A stretch of 64,000 bases of DNA, taken from the NCBI GenBank assembly GCA_973851085.1, contig OZ316776.1, positions 14,694,001 to 14,758,000 on the forward strand, read 5' to 3'. Shown in pieces: positions 24,969 to 39,875 of this stretch (position 1 is its first letter; each line of letters opens with the position of its first letter). The DNA comes from Ptychomitrium polyphyllum (taxonomy: Eukaryota). Below the pieces are notes generated by a model. That model searched no databases, had not been told where the DNA came from, and was given only the letters and a program-made list of their open reading frames with translations. The translations under genes and the position numbers were made by a program.

Positions 24969-26340
24969 GAATAGGGTGCTTGTATCAGATGTGAATTTTA
25001 ACTCGAGTCACTTGTGTTTTTATTATTTTCTGATTATTCGTGCGTGCTGGTAGAGAGCAACGAGAGGCTTTTTCAGTGTTGGGAGAATGTAAATGTTCTG
25101 ATCTTCCAAAACTTGAGGTAATTAGATATTCATCTCATGTTCAGATGCAACGCCACCTTAGGATGTGTTGGCTGGATTGTTGTCATGTATAAAATTTACT
25201 ATTCTCATACTTTTTCACCTGTCCTATGAAGGATGGAACAATATAAAAATCTTGCTACTGGAAAAGTTCTGGAAGATTTTTATTTCTGGCTAGATGGTGT
25301 ATACTCAAGACTAGGAGTTTGAATTCTTTGTTCAAAGCACTGTGAGTTACCGTCTGTGATTAGTCAGCGACTCCATCAAGACGATGACATCCTCATTCAG
25401 ACGGGAAGACCTCGTTGAAAGTTTTAAATTGTGATCACCAATTCCTCTAAAACTGACGTAAATTGTAGTAGCACAAAAGTTTTGTACAGATTTTTTATCC
25501 TCACTCCTCTATTTTGAGATCTCAACATAGCAGTCATTATCACTAACTCAATTAGTACGCTTCAAACAACTTGTGTGGGGAAGGTTAACATGAGATTATT
25601 GGAGTTGTAGATGCCCAGTGAATTCGTCACCGGTTGTGTCATCTATAAGGTTCTGATTCCAACCTAACAATTCATTTCTGAACCCATTTCGAACGGGCTG
25701 GTTTCCCTATGTCTCAGAACAGCAGATCTCTCACAAAATGGGAAGACTCCGTCTTCTAATCTCACAACTCGTCCCGTTCTGAGCTTTTATTGTCTTCAAG
25801 ATCACTCTATGGGTGGTCCATCCAGAAACCAAGGTCATGAAGCACCTGCTCTTTTGAGGTTGGATGATCCCTCTTCCCAAGTTGCATAGGGTGATTCATG
25901 TGGGGAGGCGCTAAAACCTGGGCTGGTGGTATTCCACGTAAGACAAAGCCTAGCTTCACTGGTGCTCCGCCGGTTTGGGTGAGCACAAGAAACAGGTAGT
26001 CATTCACTAGGAGTGATAGAGCCTCTTATTGACTGCATCCTATTGCTCGAAACACGTATTAGTTGGATTTTGCACCACCGGGTACACAGGGAAGTGAAAA
26101 TCCATCCCGGCATTGGTGCTGCTCACCCATCCCACCGGTATATGGCAAAAGCACCTCGGTAGCTCTATGTGTGGTCTTGGCCTTCCATGCCACTAAGAGG
26201 TGAGATTCTTTCAGCAGACTACTGTAAATCAAGCGACAAGTGACTATGGGGAAGATCAAAGGAGATACTTCTCATGATAAGACAAGTCAGCTGAAGGAGA
26301 CTTGCGGAAGTCGGCGTGATGAAGACGAGATAAACATCTG

Positions 26341-27617
26341 TTAATCCTCGTCTGCGACCATTGCACCCAATGCTGTCAGTACGATAACCACTGGGGACAG
26401 TGCACCAATTCTCATTATAGACAGATTAGGATATCGCCGAAACTAACCTTCAAGGTCCTGATTGTCGTCCATATAATGTGTTCCTTGCGGAAGGATGTCC
26501 TCGTCGTCAGTCATCACCGAAGGACTGTCCAGCTTTGCAGCATATAAGATTCTTTGCACGGTCTTCACAACCTGTTGATCCGAAACAGGAAACTCACATC
26601 AAGATATTGAAGAGAAACAGACATCTGAAAAAGGAAACTTAAGATTCGGTACTCAGTCTATTAAATTGTATTAATTTAAGCAGGAGCAAGAATGTGCAGT
26701 GAGCTGAGGACACGGACCGCAAGGTGACCTAGCTTTGGAGCTTGACAGAGAATCTCGATGTCACGAAGCTTTGTGAAGTAGAAGTCACGCTCCTTCTCCA
26801 GACTCTCAACAGAGAGCTTGAGTTCCGTAATCTGTTTCTGGTCTTCGTTTGATCCAGAAGCCTGAGATTCACATATCCAACAAAATCAGATTTCATATGC
26901 ATTCTCACTTCAGCACATTCTAATACTGTGGATATATAACCTGACATAGCAACACATGGCACATTAGCAAGGAGAACAGAGGTTCGAATCCTGTACCTGC
27001 TGCACACTATCCTGCAGTTGCTTAATGGACGCAGCCGAAACGGAAGCCCTTCCATTCATGTTGGGGTGAGTGTCCCCCATGACACGGCGAACAGGGCCGG
27101 GGCTGGACTTGGCGCCACCATTGTTTGACGTGGCAGGCTTGCTGCTGCATTGGTTGCTCTGGCTTTGACTCCCCAACACTACCCGTCGGTTGGTCTCCTT
27201 CCCTCCCTTGCTCAACTCCCGCCTCTCCGTGGCATTGTAGCTCGCATTGAAGTGACAGTCGCTGATAGAGTCGCAGTAGCGCTTCATCCACTGCAGAAAC
27301 TCCAGGTTGTCCAGCGGGCGCCCCTTGACGAGCAACCTCACCTCGATATGGCGCCCGATCTTCAACTTATTGAACACATCCTGAAGCACCTTATAGTTCT
27401 GGATCATCTCGTACTCCGACTTGGCATCGAAGCTCACCTTGTGCATGCTCACCATCCCGGGGTGCACCATATCCATCAGCTGGCAGTACACCGCCCCAGA
27501 CGCCGCCTCCTCCACCTTGGTTAGACTTAACTCTAGCGTGCTATTCACCCAGCCCAGAATCTCGTTCCGCCCCACGAAATACGCCGCGTCCATCATCCCT
27601 ATCGTCGTCGCCCCCAT
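26341..27617 (-). CDS. EB1: Microtubule plus-end-binding protein EB1 (CH + EBH domains)
   Basis: Exons 27617-26997 ([25 protein letters not shown]...[14 protein letters not shown]), 26831-26718 ([20 protein letters not shown]) and 26571-26448. A probable micro-exon 26351-26341 ends the protein ..DED*; alternatively it stops at 26443 without the last splice. Confidence 0.93.
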
Positions 27618-29099
27618 ATTGGCTCCAAGGAAAAGCACAACCTGAACGGACACCAACAACCCCGCTCTCAACCCCACAAGTATACTAAGTTTGAACACGT
27701 GGATCCAACGAAAAACTCCTATTTCTTGAAGGGGACCGACATGAGCAAGGTGGTTGTTCGTTCCACTGAACAATGCCCCACACGACGAATGTCCTCGGTC
27801 ACAATGTGAACAACCTAGTACCGAACTCGGTCATAAGAACACTTGGATCCACGAAGAAAAACAACTCCTGTTGCTGGAGAAGACTTGCGTGGATGGCGTG
27901 AATAAAGTGTTTGTTTCTTCCACGAGTGAGCCCATGCCCACTACTTTGGATCCATAAAACAATGACAGTCACAACGAATGTGCTTGCAATGTGAGCAATG
28001 CTGAATTCAATCACAATCACAATGTGATAAAGCGTCAATTCACTCCACCCTTACCCTATGTCCACACTTGGATCCACAAAAGTAATGGCGCACACGATGT
28101 CAATGTTGTGACAATATGAGTAACCCCGTAATGAACTCGATCATAAGAATACAATGATGCAGAAAATGACAACAGTGACGGCGACGGTGAAACTAAAGCG
28201 TCCAGGATGTGAAAGACTCGATCTGGGCGAAGCGAAGCAACTCTCACTCTCCTACATCCACGAGAAGCACACGGCATTCCTACGCAACCACTAACATCAC
28301 TCCAGACATCCGCTGCACTGTGCATTCGTTTCATTTTTAGCAGCCGGCGAGGTGCATTAACTTAGGGGGATTCAAACCATGTTGCTTGCGGTGGAGTTGT
28401 CCTTAAAGTTAGCTCACCCAGAGAAGTTTTCACAAATTTGGGTACAACCTCTTCAATAACCAAGCAACTTCAAAACGTAATTGAATCAAATGTTTTTCCT
28501 TAAAAAAAGGAAATCCATAGAAACTTGGAAAATTAAAACTGCTGTAGAGGGGTCTTTTGAGAAATAGTCAAATTTAATTTATGAAGATTCTGAGAATTCA
28601 CGACACTTGTTGGACATGTCTTATAATCATTTGTTAGCATTTGAATTAATTCATATGAGCTACCTTGGAAGTCAGAAATTAACAAATTGGTAGTGAGAGA
28701 ATGTAGGAGTGAATGCATGAAGGTGAGAATGTATTTGGTGAGTTGGTACAAGAATTGTTTTGGTCTAGAGTGGTATAAGGTTTTTGAAATAGACTCATAC
28801 TTTTGGATGATGGGATTACATTTTAAAGAAAGGTCTTAATAGGAGTCATTGAAGAATGTTATATAAAAATGATATGCATCATTACTTCTTAAAAATGACA
28901 AATGTTGAAATTGATGTTAAAATACAAAGATTGTAAATAATATTTGAAAATTAAATTACTTTTAATTAATATTGAATACAAATGATTTTAAAAAAAAACA
29001 AAAAAATGTCAAAACTTTTGTAAATCAATGTATTTAAAAAGAAATTTAAAGAATCTTGATGGAATATAATTGTTTATACAATAAGAAAATTGATCCTAT

Positions 29100-29540
29100 T
29101 AATAGAAAAAATAGTTGTATTTTTTAGAAAGAAAATATTATATATATTGGCCATTCATCTTAAATCTTAAACTTGACAAAAAATCTTTAAATCTGAACCT
29201 TTGAAACATTGAGTTTGTTGTAATGCTTGACTTATAACTATAATTTGTGGTGGCTTATGCCACTTATTCACACAATAATGATTAAAGTCAAAATAGCCCA
29301 TATAAAGAAGAGTATTTATTGGTAATATAGGCCATTGAATGTTTTTGATGTTATCTTTATAACAATGAATATTTACTAGTTATGAATTATTAACCACCAA
29401 AGTGACTTATAGAATCTAACAAGATTTATTGAAAAGCTTGTAAAGTAGACCTTAGTGATACAAGAATATGATTTCAAGGTAGTACACAAAATTGAATTGG
29501 TTAATATGGATATAAATAGCCTTAATCAAGATTGATGTCT
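29100..29540 (+). mobile_element. Highly decayed Gypsy-type RNase H remnant
   Basis: Degenerate NSPYKEEYLLVI*AIECF..YLY..EYLLVMNY*P...VHKIELVNMDINSLNQ resembles the NYS..E.E.LA.VWA..F..YL....TDH.PL...ADALSR pattern. Confidence 0.45.
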
Positions 29541-30029
29541 ACATTAAAAAGATTCTATAATAATTAGATTGTATACTGGTAAAAATGAAGAAAAAGCGTT
29601 AGATTAGTATGCATTAGCTTGTCTTTGCTTATTAGTAGCACACAAAAATTGAAGAAAAGAAAAAAAAAGAAAAAAAAAGAAAAAAAGAGTGCCAAAGATA
29701 TTATAAAGATGGATCAATTTTAGAATATTTAAAAATTAAGGAATTAATACAAAGTATAACTTTAAAAAAAAGAAATAAGATTATATATTAAACTAAGCAA
29801 TTTTGGTAGAAAAAGGCTGCTTATTTGAGAAGTTAATTCTTCAAATGAAGCTTGTGGTTCCAAAATCATCAAAGCATAAAAAACTTGTATTGCAAAATTC
29901 ATAAAGGCCTTCAATGTTTTGGAACTTGGAAAATTTATAGTTTTAAAACTTGAAAAATTTATAACTCTTAAATAGTCTATGGTCACATACTATTGCTTGA
30001 ACAATAAATTCATCCAATGTATCAATCCT

Positions 30030-30655
30030 TAACATTGTAAGTACCAAATCTTTGACATTTTTCTCCAAGTTCTATTGGAATTGAGTGACTAAGGCCTTAT
30101 CATTCCAATCAAGGTTGTAAGCTAATAGTTAAAACTTTGCAGCATATGTAGTAACTAAATGTTGATTTTATTGTAGACTTTGGATTCTTATTTCAACCAC
30201 CTACTTTTTATTGCTCTTTCCAAATGTTGATATCAACGCTACTATGAAAGCATCTAAATTATTCAACACTAGTGACTTCTTTTCCATTAATGGTGCAAAC
30301 CACAATAATACATTATTTTCTAAAAAGTGGCTACAAATCCCACTTGAATAGTAAAATTGATGCAAACTGAAAAAGAAACTTACTTATTAAAAAAAGCCTC
30401 TTAACTTTGATCTTAATCCATCAAACTTGTTTAGTATCTTAATCTTTGGCTTTATATGGTTTTAACGTAAGACTCTTCTATTAATATTGGTTTCATGCAA
30501 TAAAAAAACTTCATAATATAGACATTGAATATCAACACTGGATTCTTCATTTTGACACAAGTATTATGTTAAAATTTTCCTAGTATTAAAGCAAGCAAGT
30601 TTTGTTTGAATTCTATATATATTTCCTTCAAGGTCTACAATAATTGCAAACCTCT
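30030..30655 (-). mobile_element. Old family A gag remnant hosting element Y
   Basis: Nucleotide similarity to gag (reverse); continues at 47517 across the CCTCT/CCTGT TSD. Confidence 0.7.
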
Positions 30656-33600
30656 TGTTAGTACAAAAGAAACAAGAAATTGAAACAAAGTGTTTTCCAA
30701 GAATTAGCTTCCAAGGAGCTCATAAATAACAAAAACTTGATACAAAGACTAGAATAAAGCAGGATTCAAGATGATCCACAACTTGTGTTGGCAAAACTAA
30801 GACATACCTTATCTTGCCTCTTATTTATACTATGACGTTTGTATCTCCTACGATACTTCTAAAGAAGCTTCCTACATGGCTTAAGAATGTTCTAGAAGTC
30901 TAGAAAACCTTCCTAAGAAGTTTCCTAAGATATTGGAACTTTCCTAAGAAACTTCCAAGAAGTTAGAACCTTCCTTGGAAAATTTTCTAAGGTAAGAGAA
31001 CATTCTTAGGAAGTTTCTTAAAGAGCTAGAACCTTCCTAAGAAGTTTTCTAAGATGACGGAACCTTCCAAGGAAGTTTCTTAAGGTGATGGAATCTTTGT
31101 ACGAATTTTTCTAAGAAGTTACCTGAGATGATGGAGCCTTCCTAGGAAGTTTCCTAAGGTGGAAGAACTTTCCTAGGAAGCTTCCTAAAAACAAAAAACA
31201 GGCTATGGAGACATTTAAAAGTATTCTAATAAGCTATTATAATATACTAGAAGGTTCTAGAATGTTCTAAGGACTATGTTGCATGATCTATGTCCGTGAC
31301 GTCACCTCCCCATTTAGCAACGAGTCGCATGAGGAGTTGTTTTCTTGGCTTGCTTGTCACATTTCTACAAATTCCAAAATTTGTCGAAGGAGTGAAGCAA
31401 CATACTCTGCTCGTTCTTCTTTATTCACTAGTTCAACTGGTCCTTGCAAGAAACGCCGATGACCACCAGTCAAGACTTTTGTTGTTGAAATGTCCCATTC
31501 CAAGATCTGATCTTGATTAAGTCCTTCAAAACATCCTCCAAATAAGATCTCGGGTCCTCCAGGAGTGACCCTTCCAATTTCTAACAAGATGACTAGAGCA
31601 TGAGCATCTAAATCAAGACTGGAATGTAAAGGGCGACTCGCCAATACTTCTGCACGAGGTTGTACTCGACGCTGAAATGTCCCTCTCATATCTTGGCTTA
31701 GATCCTCCGTTATTAAAAGCTGAGAAAGTTGAGTTGGCTCAACAGATGTTGTTGTTGATCAAGGCATGGCCGATTGCTCTTCATGTATATCCATGATAAC
31801 ACGAAGATTTGACATACTAACTAGGATCTAAAAATGATCTATCTTGGAAATAATACTGCATACAATTGAAGGTTTGGAAATCTCTCCTCCCTTCTTATAC
31901 TTATCTATGAAGGAAAAACTTCTCGGTGAAGCTAACGGCTATTAATGACACATCATCACTGACCTGGTTTCTGAGGATATCTTTGATGAAATTTGCGTAC
32001 CTTCTCGGATGCATTTGTTACATTCGTTGAAGGTTCCCATATTCGGTCATTGATGCCATATCTTTGCCAATATATAAAATACTCCACACGTCCGTTCTTG
32101 ATGCGTGAATCTAAGATCTCTTCCACTTCATATTCAATTTCATTATTGATTTCCAACAGAGGAGGCGGAGGGGCAATTCTCTCTAGTATACATGATTTGT
32201 TATAGGTTTCCAACAACGATATGTGGAATACTAGATGAATTTGCATGCTTGGTGGTAGCTTTAGGCGATAACTAACCGGATTTATCTGTTTGTTGATTTC
32301 AAACGGTCCCAATCTTTGATAGTCCAACTTCTTTGATGGTTTTTTTGTTTGTATATTTCGTCGTAGGAGCCATACGCTATCTCCAACCTTGAACTTTAGA
32401 TGGTCCTTTCGATGGCGATCTGCATAAGTTTTATAACGATCTTGAGCTTGTTGTAACTGGAAGGTAATTTCTTGATGGATTTTAGCAAGTTGAATTGCAA
32501 AATCCTTTGCTGCAAGACTTCCAACATGCTCCACTTGAAATGGATCTGCTCGAGGATGATGGCCATAGTTTGCAAAGAATGGACTTTGAGTTGTTGAAGA
32601 ATGCACCGTATTTTTGTAAGCAAACTCTGTCAAAGGCAAGAGGTCCATCCAGTTGTCTTGCTGGTAGTTTATGCTACAATGAAGGTACTGTTCCAAAATT
32701 TGATTCACGCGTTCGGTTTGGCCATCAGTTTGCGGATGGTGTGCTGAAAAAAGATTGATCTTTACACACAACAGCTGGAATAGGGCCCTCCAAAAGTTGG
32801 AAATGAATTGCGGCCCCCATCGGATACAATATCATCTGGTAGTTCATGTATGCGATAGACGTGATTTAGGAACAACTTGGCAGTTTCTTCTTCCGTTACC
32901 GTCTTGTTGCATGAAATGAAATGTGCCATTTTGGTAAATCGATCCACCACTACCAAAATAGAATCCTTAGAATCGGAGTTTGGAAGGTCCGTGATAAAAT
33001 CCATCGACAAAGACAACCATGGACCCTTTGGCACTGGAAGCGGATGGAGGAGACCATGAGGTTGGTGTCTTGGCACCTTGGCACTTGTACAAGTGTTGCA
33101 TGATGGAATAAAGTCCTTCACGTACTTCCACATTTGTGGCCACCAATAGTCTCTAGCAATCAACTCCATTGTTTTACTGAATCCAAAATGTCCTGCAGTT
33201 GGAAAACCATGACGTGCTTGAAGGACCTTCAACCGCAAAGGGCCTAGAAGTAGGTACAAAAGTCTTTTATAATAAAGTAGGCCCTCTTAGAATTCAAAGT
33301 CCTCATCGCTATTTGAAGGATCTTGATTGTCTTTGAGGCGCTTCTTCATATTTTAGACAAAGATATTATTCTTCAAAGCCTTATGAATTTCGTCAAGATG
33401 GGATGTTGTAGTAATAATCACTGCTTTCAATTGAAAATTCTTTGGCTTCAATAAAATAGTCCCTTGTTGATCCAAAATATCATCTCCATGTTGAGGGGCT
33501 AATTAAGATCTTTGCACAAAGGCATCTGGCTTACCTTGTAGGCTACCAGGTCGATAGGTAATGACAAAGTCAAATCTGGAAAGCGACATACTCCACCTTG

Positions 33601-36600
33601 TTTGACGACGATTCAAAACACGCACACTCATGAAATACTCCAAGTTCTTGTGGTCTGTGTATATTGTAATGGTATGTTGAGCTCCTTCCAACAAGTGTCG
33701 CCATTCTTCAAATACATCCACAACTACAAGTAGTTCTTTATCATAGATATCATAATTGATCTCTACCGCTGAGAACCTCCTTGAACAAAAGGCAAGAGGG
33801 TGAAGTCTCCCGTCTTCATCATATTGTGAGAGTACTGAGCGGAGTGCAAAATCTGAGGCATCCGCTTCCAAATAAAAAGGCTTTGATGGATTTTGATGAA
33901 TAAAGATTGGAGCCGACGTGAATGACTTCTTAAGACTTTGAAATGCTTTTTCCGCCTCTTCATTCCAAGTGAATTTTTGCTTCCCCGTAAGACGTGTTAA
34001 TGGTGTTACAATCTTGGAATAATCCTTGATGAATATCCTGTAGAAGTTTGCAAATCCCATGAAGCATTGAACATCTTGAATTGATCTTGGCGTACTCCAC
34101 TCCATGACAGTGTTTATTTTCTTTTTATCCATATGGATTCCTCCTTTGGAAATGATGTAGCCTAAAAATTCAACCGATGATTCATGGAAAAGATACTTCT
34201 CCAATTTGGCATATAATCCTCGCTGGCATAGTTTTTTTCTAAAACCAGTCGTACATGACATTTGTAGTCTTGTTCATCCTTTAAATATATCAAAATGTCA
34301 TCCAAGTAGATGACTACAAAATTGTCCAAATGTTCATGGAAGATATCATTCATCATGTATTGGAAGACTGCAGGGGCATTAATAAGGCCAAAAGGCATGA
34401 CATTGTATTCAAAATGACCATACCTAGATCGAAAAGCTGTCTTCTATTCGTCTCCTTCTTTGATGCGTACAAGATTGTAGGCTCCTCTAAGATCAATTTT
34501 GGTGAATATCTTTGCTTGGCCAAGTTGTTGTAGGAGTCCTAAGATTAATGGTAATGGATAGCAATTCTTTTTTGTTACTTTATTGAGGCCTCAATAGTCC
34601 ACGCACATACGTAATGATCCATCTTTCTTCTTTACAAATAGAATGGGTGCTCCAGCTGGTGATTTAGAGTGTTGAATGAAACCCTTTCCAAGGTTTTCAT
34701 CAATATATTCTCTCAAGGCAGCCAACTCGGTTTGTGATAAGTTATAAATAGGTCCAAAAGGTGGTTGGGCTCCTTCTTGCAATTCAATGGTATAATCGTA
34801 AGGTCGGTGCTTTGGTAACATGTCCGCATTCTTCTTCTCAAAAACGTCTTTATAATCTTGATATTGACGAGGTATGTTTTGATTAGTCTCTATTGTTGAG
34901 CTAGACATTGGCGTGGCATAAACGGCATAGATTGGTTCATCCTTTGCCGTTCTTATAAATGCCTTAGCTCCAATAAATGATGGTCCAAGATTTCTCGTAC
35001 CTTGACGTCTTTTCCTTGAGACTACACTCCGTGAGCGCCAATCAATGTCTGGATTATGTAATTTAAATCAAGGAAGGCCCAAAAAAATAGGATTCGTTCG
35101 GCACTGAATGATGTTGAAAACAATTTTAGATGCCTGGTCTCCTAAAACAACCTCCAGTGGTTGAGTTTCTTCAATAACATTACCAGACGCAAGAGATCGT
35201 CCATCAATAACTTCAACAGGTGCGGGGTATTTTTTATTCACAAACACCATGTGATGTTTGGTTGCAAAATCCTTGTCCATGAAATATGCCGTTGCACTAG
35301 TGTCTAAAAGAGCCTCACTAACTATTTCATCATCTAATAATTTAATTTTGATACAAAATGTAAAGCTAGAGGTAGGACTTGAAGGTAGTAAGGGACCTTG
35401 ATTTGATGGTTGTTTCCTTGTGGTGTCCAGTCGCATGGTCCCTACTGTGACTTGTCAGCCTCGTTTTTCAACTCCACCATTGTGCTTTGAACCTTAAAGG
35501 CAGATCCTTTGATTTGGCAATTGCACACTTTATGTCCAGACTTGCCACAATACAAACATAGGTTTTCTCTTTGACGCCTTTCTTCTTTTCTTGGAGTCAA
35601 ACGTCTAAACTAAGCAGCATCAATTTGCATAGGTTTTGGTCCTTGTGGTCATCTTTCTGATACTCTTGAAGAAGTGGTAGCCATGCTTTGATGTACTGGT
35701 CGCCATTCCAAGCGTTGTTCTTGGCGTCTCTAAAATAGTCTATTGTCATATGTTATTGCTTGAGTGATGAATTCGTTCAATGTTTCAACTCTTGGCATTG
35801 TGAGTAGCAAATCCTTCACATTCTCTCTTAAGCTCTACCGGAATCGTGTTACCAAGGCCTTATCATTCCAATCAAAGTCGCAAGCTAATTGTTGAAACTT
35901 TGCAACATATGTAGCAGCTGAGCGTTGTCCTTGTTGTAGACTTTGGATCCTTGTTTAAGCCACCCTCTCTTGGTCGGTGTTTCCAAAGGTAGACACAATG
36001 CTTCTATGAAAGCATCTAAGTTGTTCAATAATGGTGACTGCTTCTCCATTAAGGGTGCAAACTGCAATAGTGCATTGTTTGATAAAAGAGTGGCCACAAA
36101 TCCTACTTGAGTTGTGCCATCAGGATAGGGAGATTGATGCAAACTAAGGAAGAACCTTACTCGTTGAACGGAGCCTCTCAACTTTGATCTTGATTCATCG
36201 AACTTGTTTGGTACAGACATAGATTATGGTACATAGTCCGTAGATCATTCTTATACATTTTAATATACTGTAGTAGGGTCTTAGAATACCATATAATGTG
36301 TGTATAGCGTTTTTCATGTTTTTAAGAACCTTCCTAGGAAAGTCCCTCTTTCTTATGACACTTCTTAGGAAGTCTGCATCAAGTGAGGTAACTTCTTACA
36401 AATCTTTCTACAAACATTCCATCACCTTAGGAAACTTTCCAGGAAAGTTCTATATCTTTAGAGTACTTCCTAAGAAGGTTTCACTATTTTAGAGAACTTC
36501 CAAGAAAGGTTCAAAAATCTTAGTAAACATCCATGGAAGGATCTAACTCCTTGTTAGCTTCTTAGGAAGGTTCCAAAATCTTACGAAACTTCTTGGCAAT

Positions 36601-37325
36601 GTTTTCTTGACTTCTAAAATATTCATAAGCCTTATAAATAGCTTCTTTAAAAGTATCATAGGAGGTATAAACATCATAAAAAGAATAGGAGGCAAGACAA
36701 GGTACTTCTTAGTCTTGCCAACACAAGTGGTGGATCATTTTGAATCTTGCCTTGTTCGAATCATTGTATCAAGTTCTTGTTAATCATGAGCTCCTTGGAA
36801 GCTAATTCTTGAGTGACACTTCCTTTCTGCTTCTTGTTTCTTGTGTTCCCAACTCTTTGGCAAGATTTCTTTTCATCTTTGTCAGAGTAAAGGTTCTCTG
36901 AAGCAAATTGTGGATTATCCATCATCTTTAGGATTTCATAGCGTCTTAGAAGTTGCAAATTACCCTCCTCTAAGCTAGAACCATAAGAGTTGGTTTCTCC
37001 TTCTAGAACCAAGTATTATTTCTTTCAAAGGACGTGGATTATCCTCCTTTGAAGGTATTCATAGTCTTCTTAGCATTAACATTCTTAAGAAATGGATAAC
37101 AAGCCTGGAATGTTATAGAATAGTTTTGCAACTATTGCAGACCTTCAAGAGTTATTAAACACAATTCAAACACAACTTGCCCGCGTCTAGACCACCAACA
37201 ATGTGGAGCAACATACTTGGAAAGCTGAAGAATCCAATGGTGATATTCAAAGCCTATATCAAGAGATTGTTTGATTGCGAGAGGCCAATATTGAAAGAGA
37301 AGGCTTCCGCCGAACCCATGCAGAG

Positions 37326-38470
37326 TGTCGCGCACCTCGCCTTGAGGAGTGCCCGCAACACTAAGGGCACAAGGGGGACCCCGAAGTGACGTCTGGAACT
37401 TGTGGCGCCAATAGTGAGGAGAACCGAGTGGGCCTAACATGGGAAGGACCCCTAGGGGGAGAAACATCCTTGCCCATGTACACCGAGGGCCACAAGGGAA
37501 AAATCATGGGCATTAAAGGAATCATGAAGAGCTGATTCTAGAATGCTAAGGATTGCCCAAATCGGACATGGGAGCTAAAAGTTATGGCACCCCAAAGTTG
37601 GGGTTGCCAAGGGGCTGTTCTGGAGTGTGGCAGCCCTACACAGTGACTGTGCTGGAGTGGAACAGTCCAGGGAGGGACTCCCCGGGAGTCCCGAACCTTG
37701 GGAGAGGCGTATCTCCCATAATACTCACCCAAATTGGACGTTTGAGGAGTCTATCGGCATCTACGCAAAGAGTAGATGACGATAAAGTGGTCGCTCAATA
37801 CATTTGGGCACCAAATGAGGAAGATATGGCGCCCTGAAGGTCCGCTGGGAGTCCCGGAGGCTTCTAGCGGCTAAGTCCCAAGGGGGATCGGGTGGTCTTC
37901 CAAAACTCTAGGTGTGTCGGGGTTCAGCTAGTTCCAGAGGGCCAGGGGGCCTGCCGAATCCCACAAAGAGTACTATAAGGGAGGGCTGGTTCCCCTCTCC
38001 ACTCTCCTAGTGTCCCGGTAGAGACCAAGGGTGAGTCCCGGTTGGTGGAGCTAGTGTTGGGGCTTCACCACGAAGACTCCCACACCATTGTGAGCCGGTG
38101 GACGGCCGATTTCACAAAGGGAACTAGCACGTTTAAAAGGGTATGCTTGTTACCACTAAATTGGAGTAGTATCTTCACGCCGGCACCATGATGGCCCGGG
38201 GTGATCTTAGGATCACTTGGGCATCATGAGTGGTGGTGAGGAGACACCACTAAGTGCGGTTAGGCCGTGTGGAATGGGAGTAACACCAAGTGAGGCCTTG
38301 AACATGAATAAAAGTCTGCACCTAACCATTGGTTTCTAATAAATTGGGTGTCCTAAGAAAAATGGTAGAAGGACTTGGAAAGTGAGAATGAGGGTTAACT
38401 ATGTACATGAGGGGGTGTACAAGGTTGACGCCCGTGACGCTTGCTAAGGTGCATTGCAAGGGTGGCGACA
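37326..38470. mobile_element. Family B GC-rich solo LTR (1145 bp)
   Basis: TGTCGC...GCGACA termini; perfect CAGAG TSD inside gag. Confidence 0.88.
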
Positions 38471-38574
38471 CAGAGCCAAAGATCAGCATGCCAGACAAGT
38501 TCAATGAATCAAGAATAAGTTGAGAGGCTCCGTTCAACGAGTAAGGTTCTTCCTGAGTTTGCATCAATCTCCCT

Positions 38575-38674
38575 NNNNNNNNNNNNNNNNNNNNNNNNNN
38601 NNNNNNNNNNNNNNNNNNNNNNNNNNNNNNNNNNNNNNNNNNNNNNNNNNNNNNNNNNNNNNNNNNNNNNNNNN
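38575..38674. other. Assembly gap (100 N)
   Basis: Run of exactly 100 N. Confidence 1.
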
Positions 38675-39875
38675 GATAGGGAGATTGATGCAAACTAAGG
38701 AAGAACCTTACTCGTTGAACGGAGCCTCTCAACTTTGATCTTGATTCATCGAACTTGTTTGTACAGACATAGATTATGGTACATAGTCCGTAGATCATTC
38801 TTATACATTTTAATATACTGTAGTAGGGTCTTAGAATACCATATAATGTGTGTATAGCGTTTTTCATGTTTTTAAGAACCTTCCTAGGAAAGTCCCTCTT
38901 TCTTATGACACTTCTTAGGAAGTCTGCATCAAGTGAGGTAACTTCTTACAAATCTTTCTACAAACATTCCATCACCTTAGGAAACTTTCCAGGAAAGTTC
39001 TATATCTTTAGAGTACTTCCTAAGAAGGTTTCACTATTTTAGAGAACTTCCAAGAAAGGTTCAAAAATCTTAGTAAACATCCATGGAAGGATCTAACTCC
39101 TTGTTAGCTTCTTAGGAAGGTTCCAAAATCTTACGAAACTTCTTGGCAATGTTTTCTTGACTTCTAAAATATTCATAAGCCTTATAAATAGCTTCTTTAA
39201 AAGTATCATAGGAGGTATAAACATCATAAAAAGAATAGGAGGCAAGACAAGGTACTTCTTAGTCTTGCCAACACAAGTGGTGGATCATTTTGAATCTTGC
39301 CTTGTTCGAATCATTGTATCAAGTTCTTGTTAATCATGAGCTCCTTGGAAGCTAATTCTTGAGTGACACTTCCTTTCTGCTTCTTGTTTCTTGTGTTCCC
39401 AACTCTTTGGCAAGATTTCTTTTCATCTTTGTCAGAGTAAAGGTTCTCTGAAGCAAATTGTGGATTATCCATCATCTTTAGGATTTCATAGCGTCTTAGA
39501 AGTTGCAAATTACCCTCCTCTAAGCTAGAACCATAAGAGTTGGTTTCTCCTTCTAGAACCAAGTATTATTTCTTTCAAAGGACGTGGATTATCCTCCTTT
39601 GAAGGTATTCATAGTCTTCTTAGCATTAACATTCTTAAGAAATGGATAACAAGCCTGGAATGTTATAGAATAGTTTTGCAACTATTGCAGACCTTCAAGA
39701 GTTATTAAACACAATTCAAACACAACTTGCCCGCGTCTAGACCACCAACAATGTGGAGCAACATACTTGGAAAGCTGAAGAATCCAATGGTGATATTCAA
39801 AGCCTATATCAAGAGATTGTTTGATTGCGAGAGGCCAATATTGAAAGAGAAGGCTTCCGCCGAACCCATGCAGAG

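Noticed and set aside
24969..26340. Antisense overlap between the convergent fusion and EB1 genes
   Set aside because: Stops are ~1.4 kb apart and transcript ends cannot be determined from sequence.
27618..27773. 52-aa N-terminal extension of EB1 in the ORF track
   Set aside because: Family similarity starts at [10 protein letters not shown] (27617); upstream sequence looks like a 5' UTR intron acceptor region.
37132..37837. Short ORFs in family B LTRs (also at 39.7-40.4 kb and 57.8-61.4 kb)
   Set aside because: No recognisable domains and frames are inconsistent between copies; expected by chance in GC-rich DNA.
38322..38867. ORFs spanning the gap and an apparent fold-back at the gap edges
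   Set aside because: Artefact of Ns and of both contig ends terminating in opposite arms of the inverted repeat.
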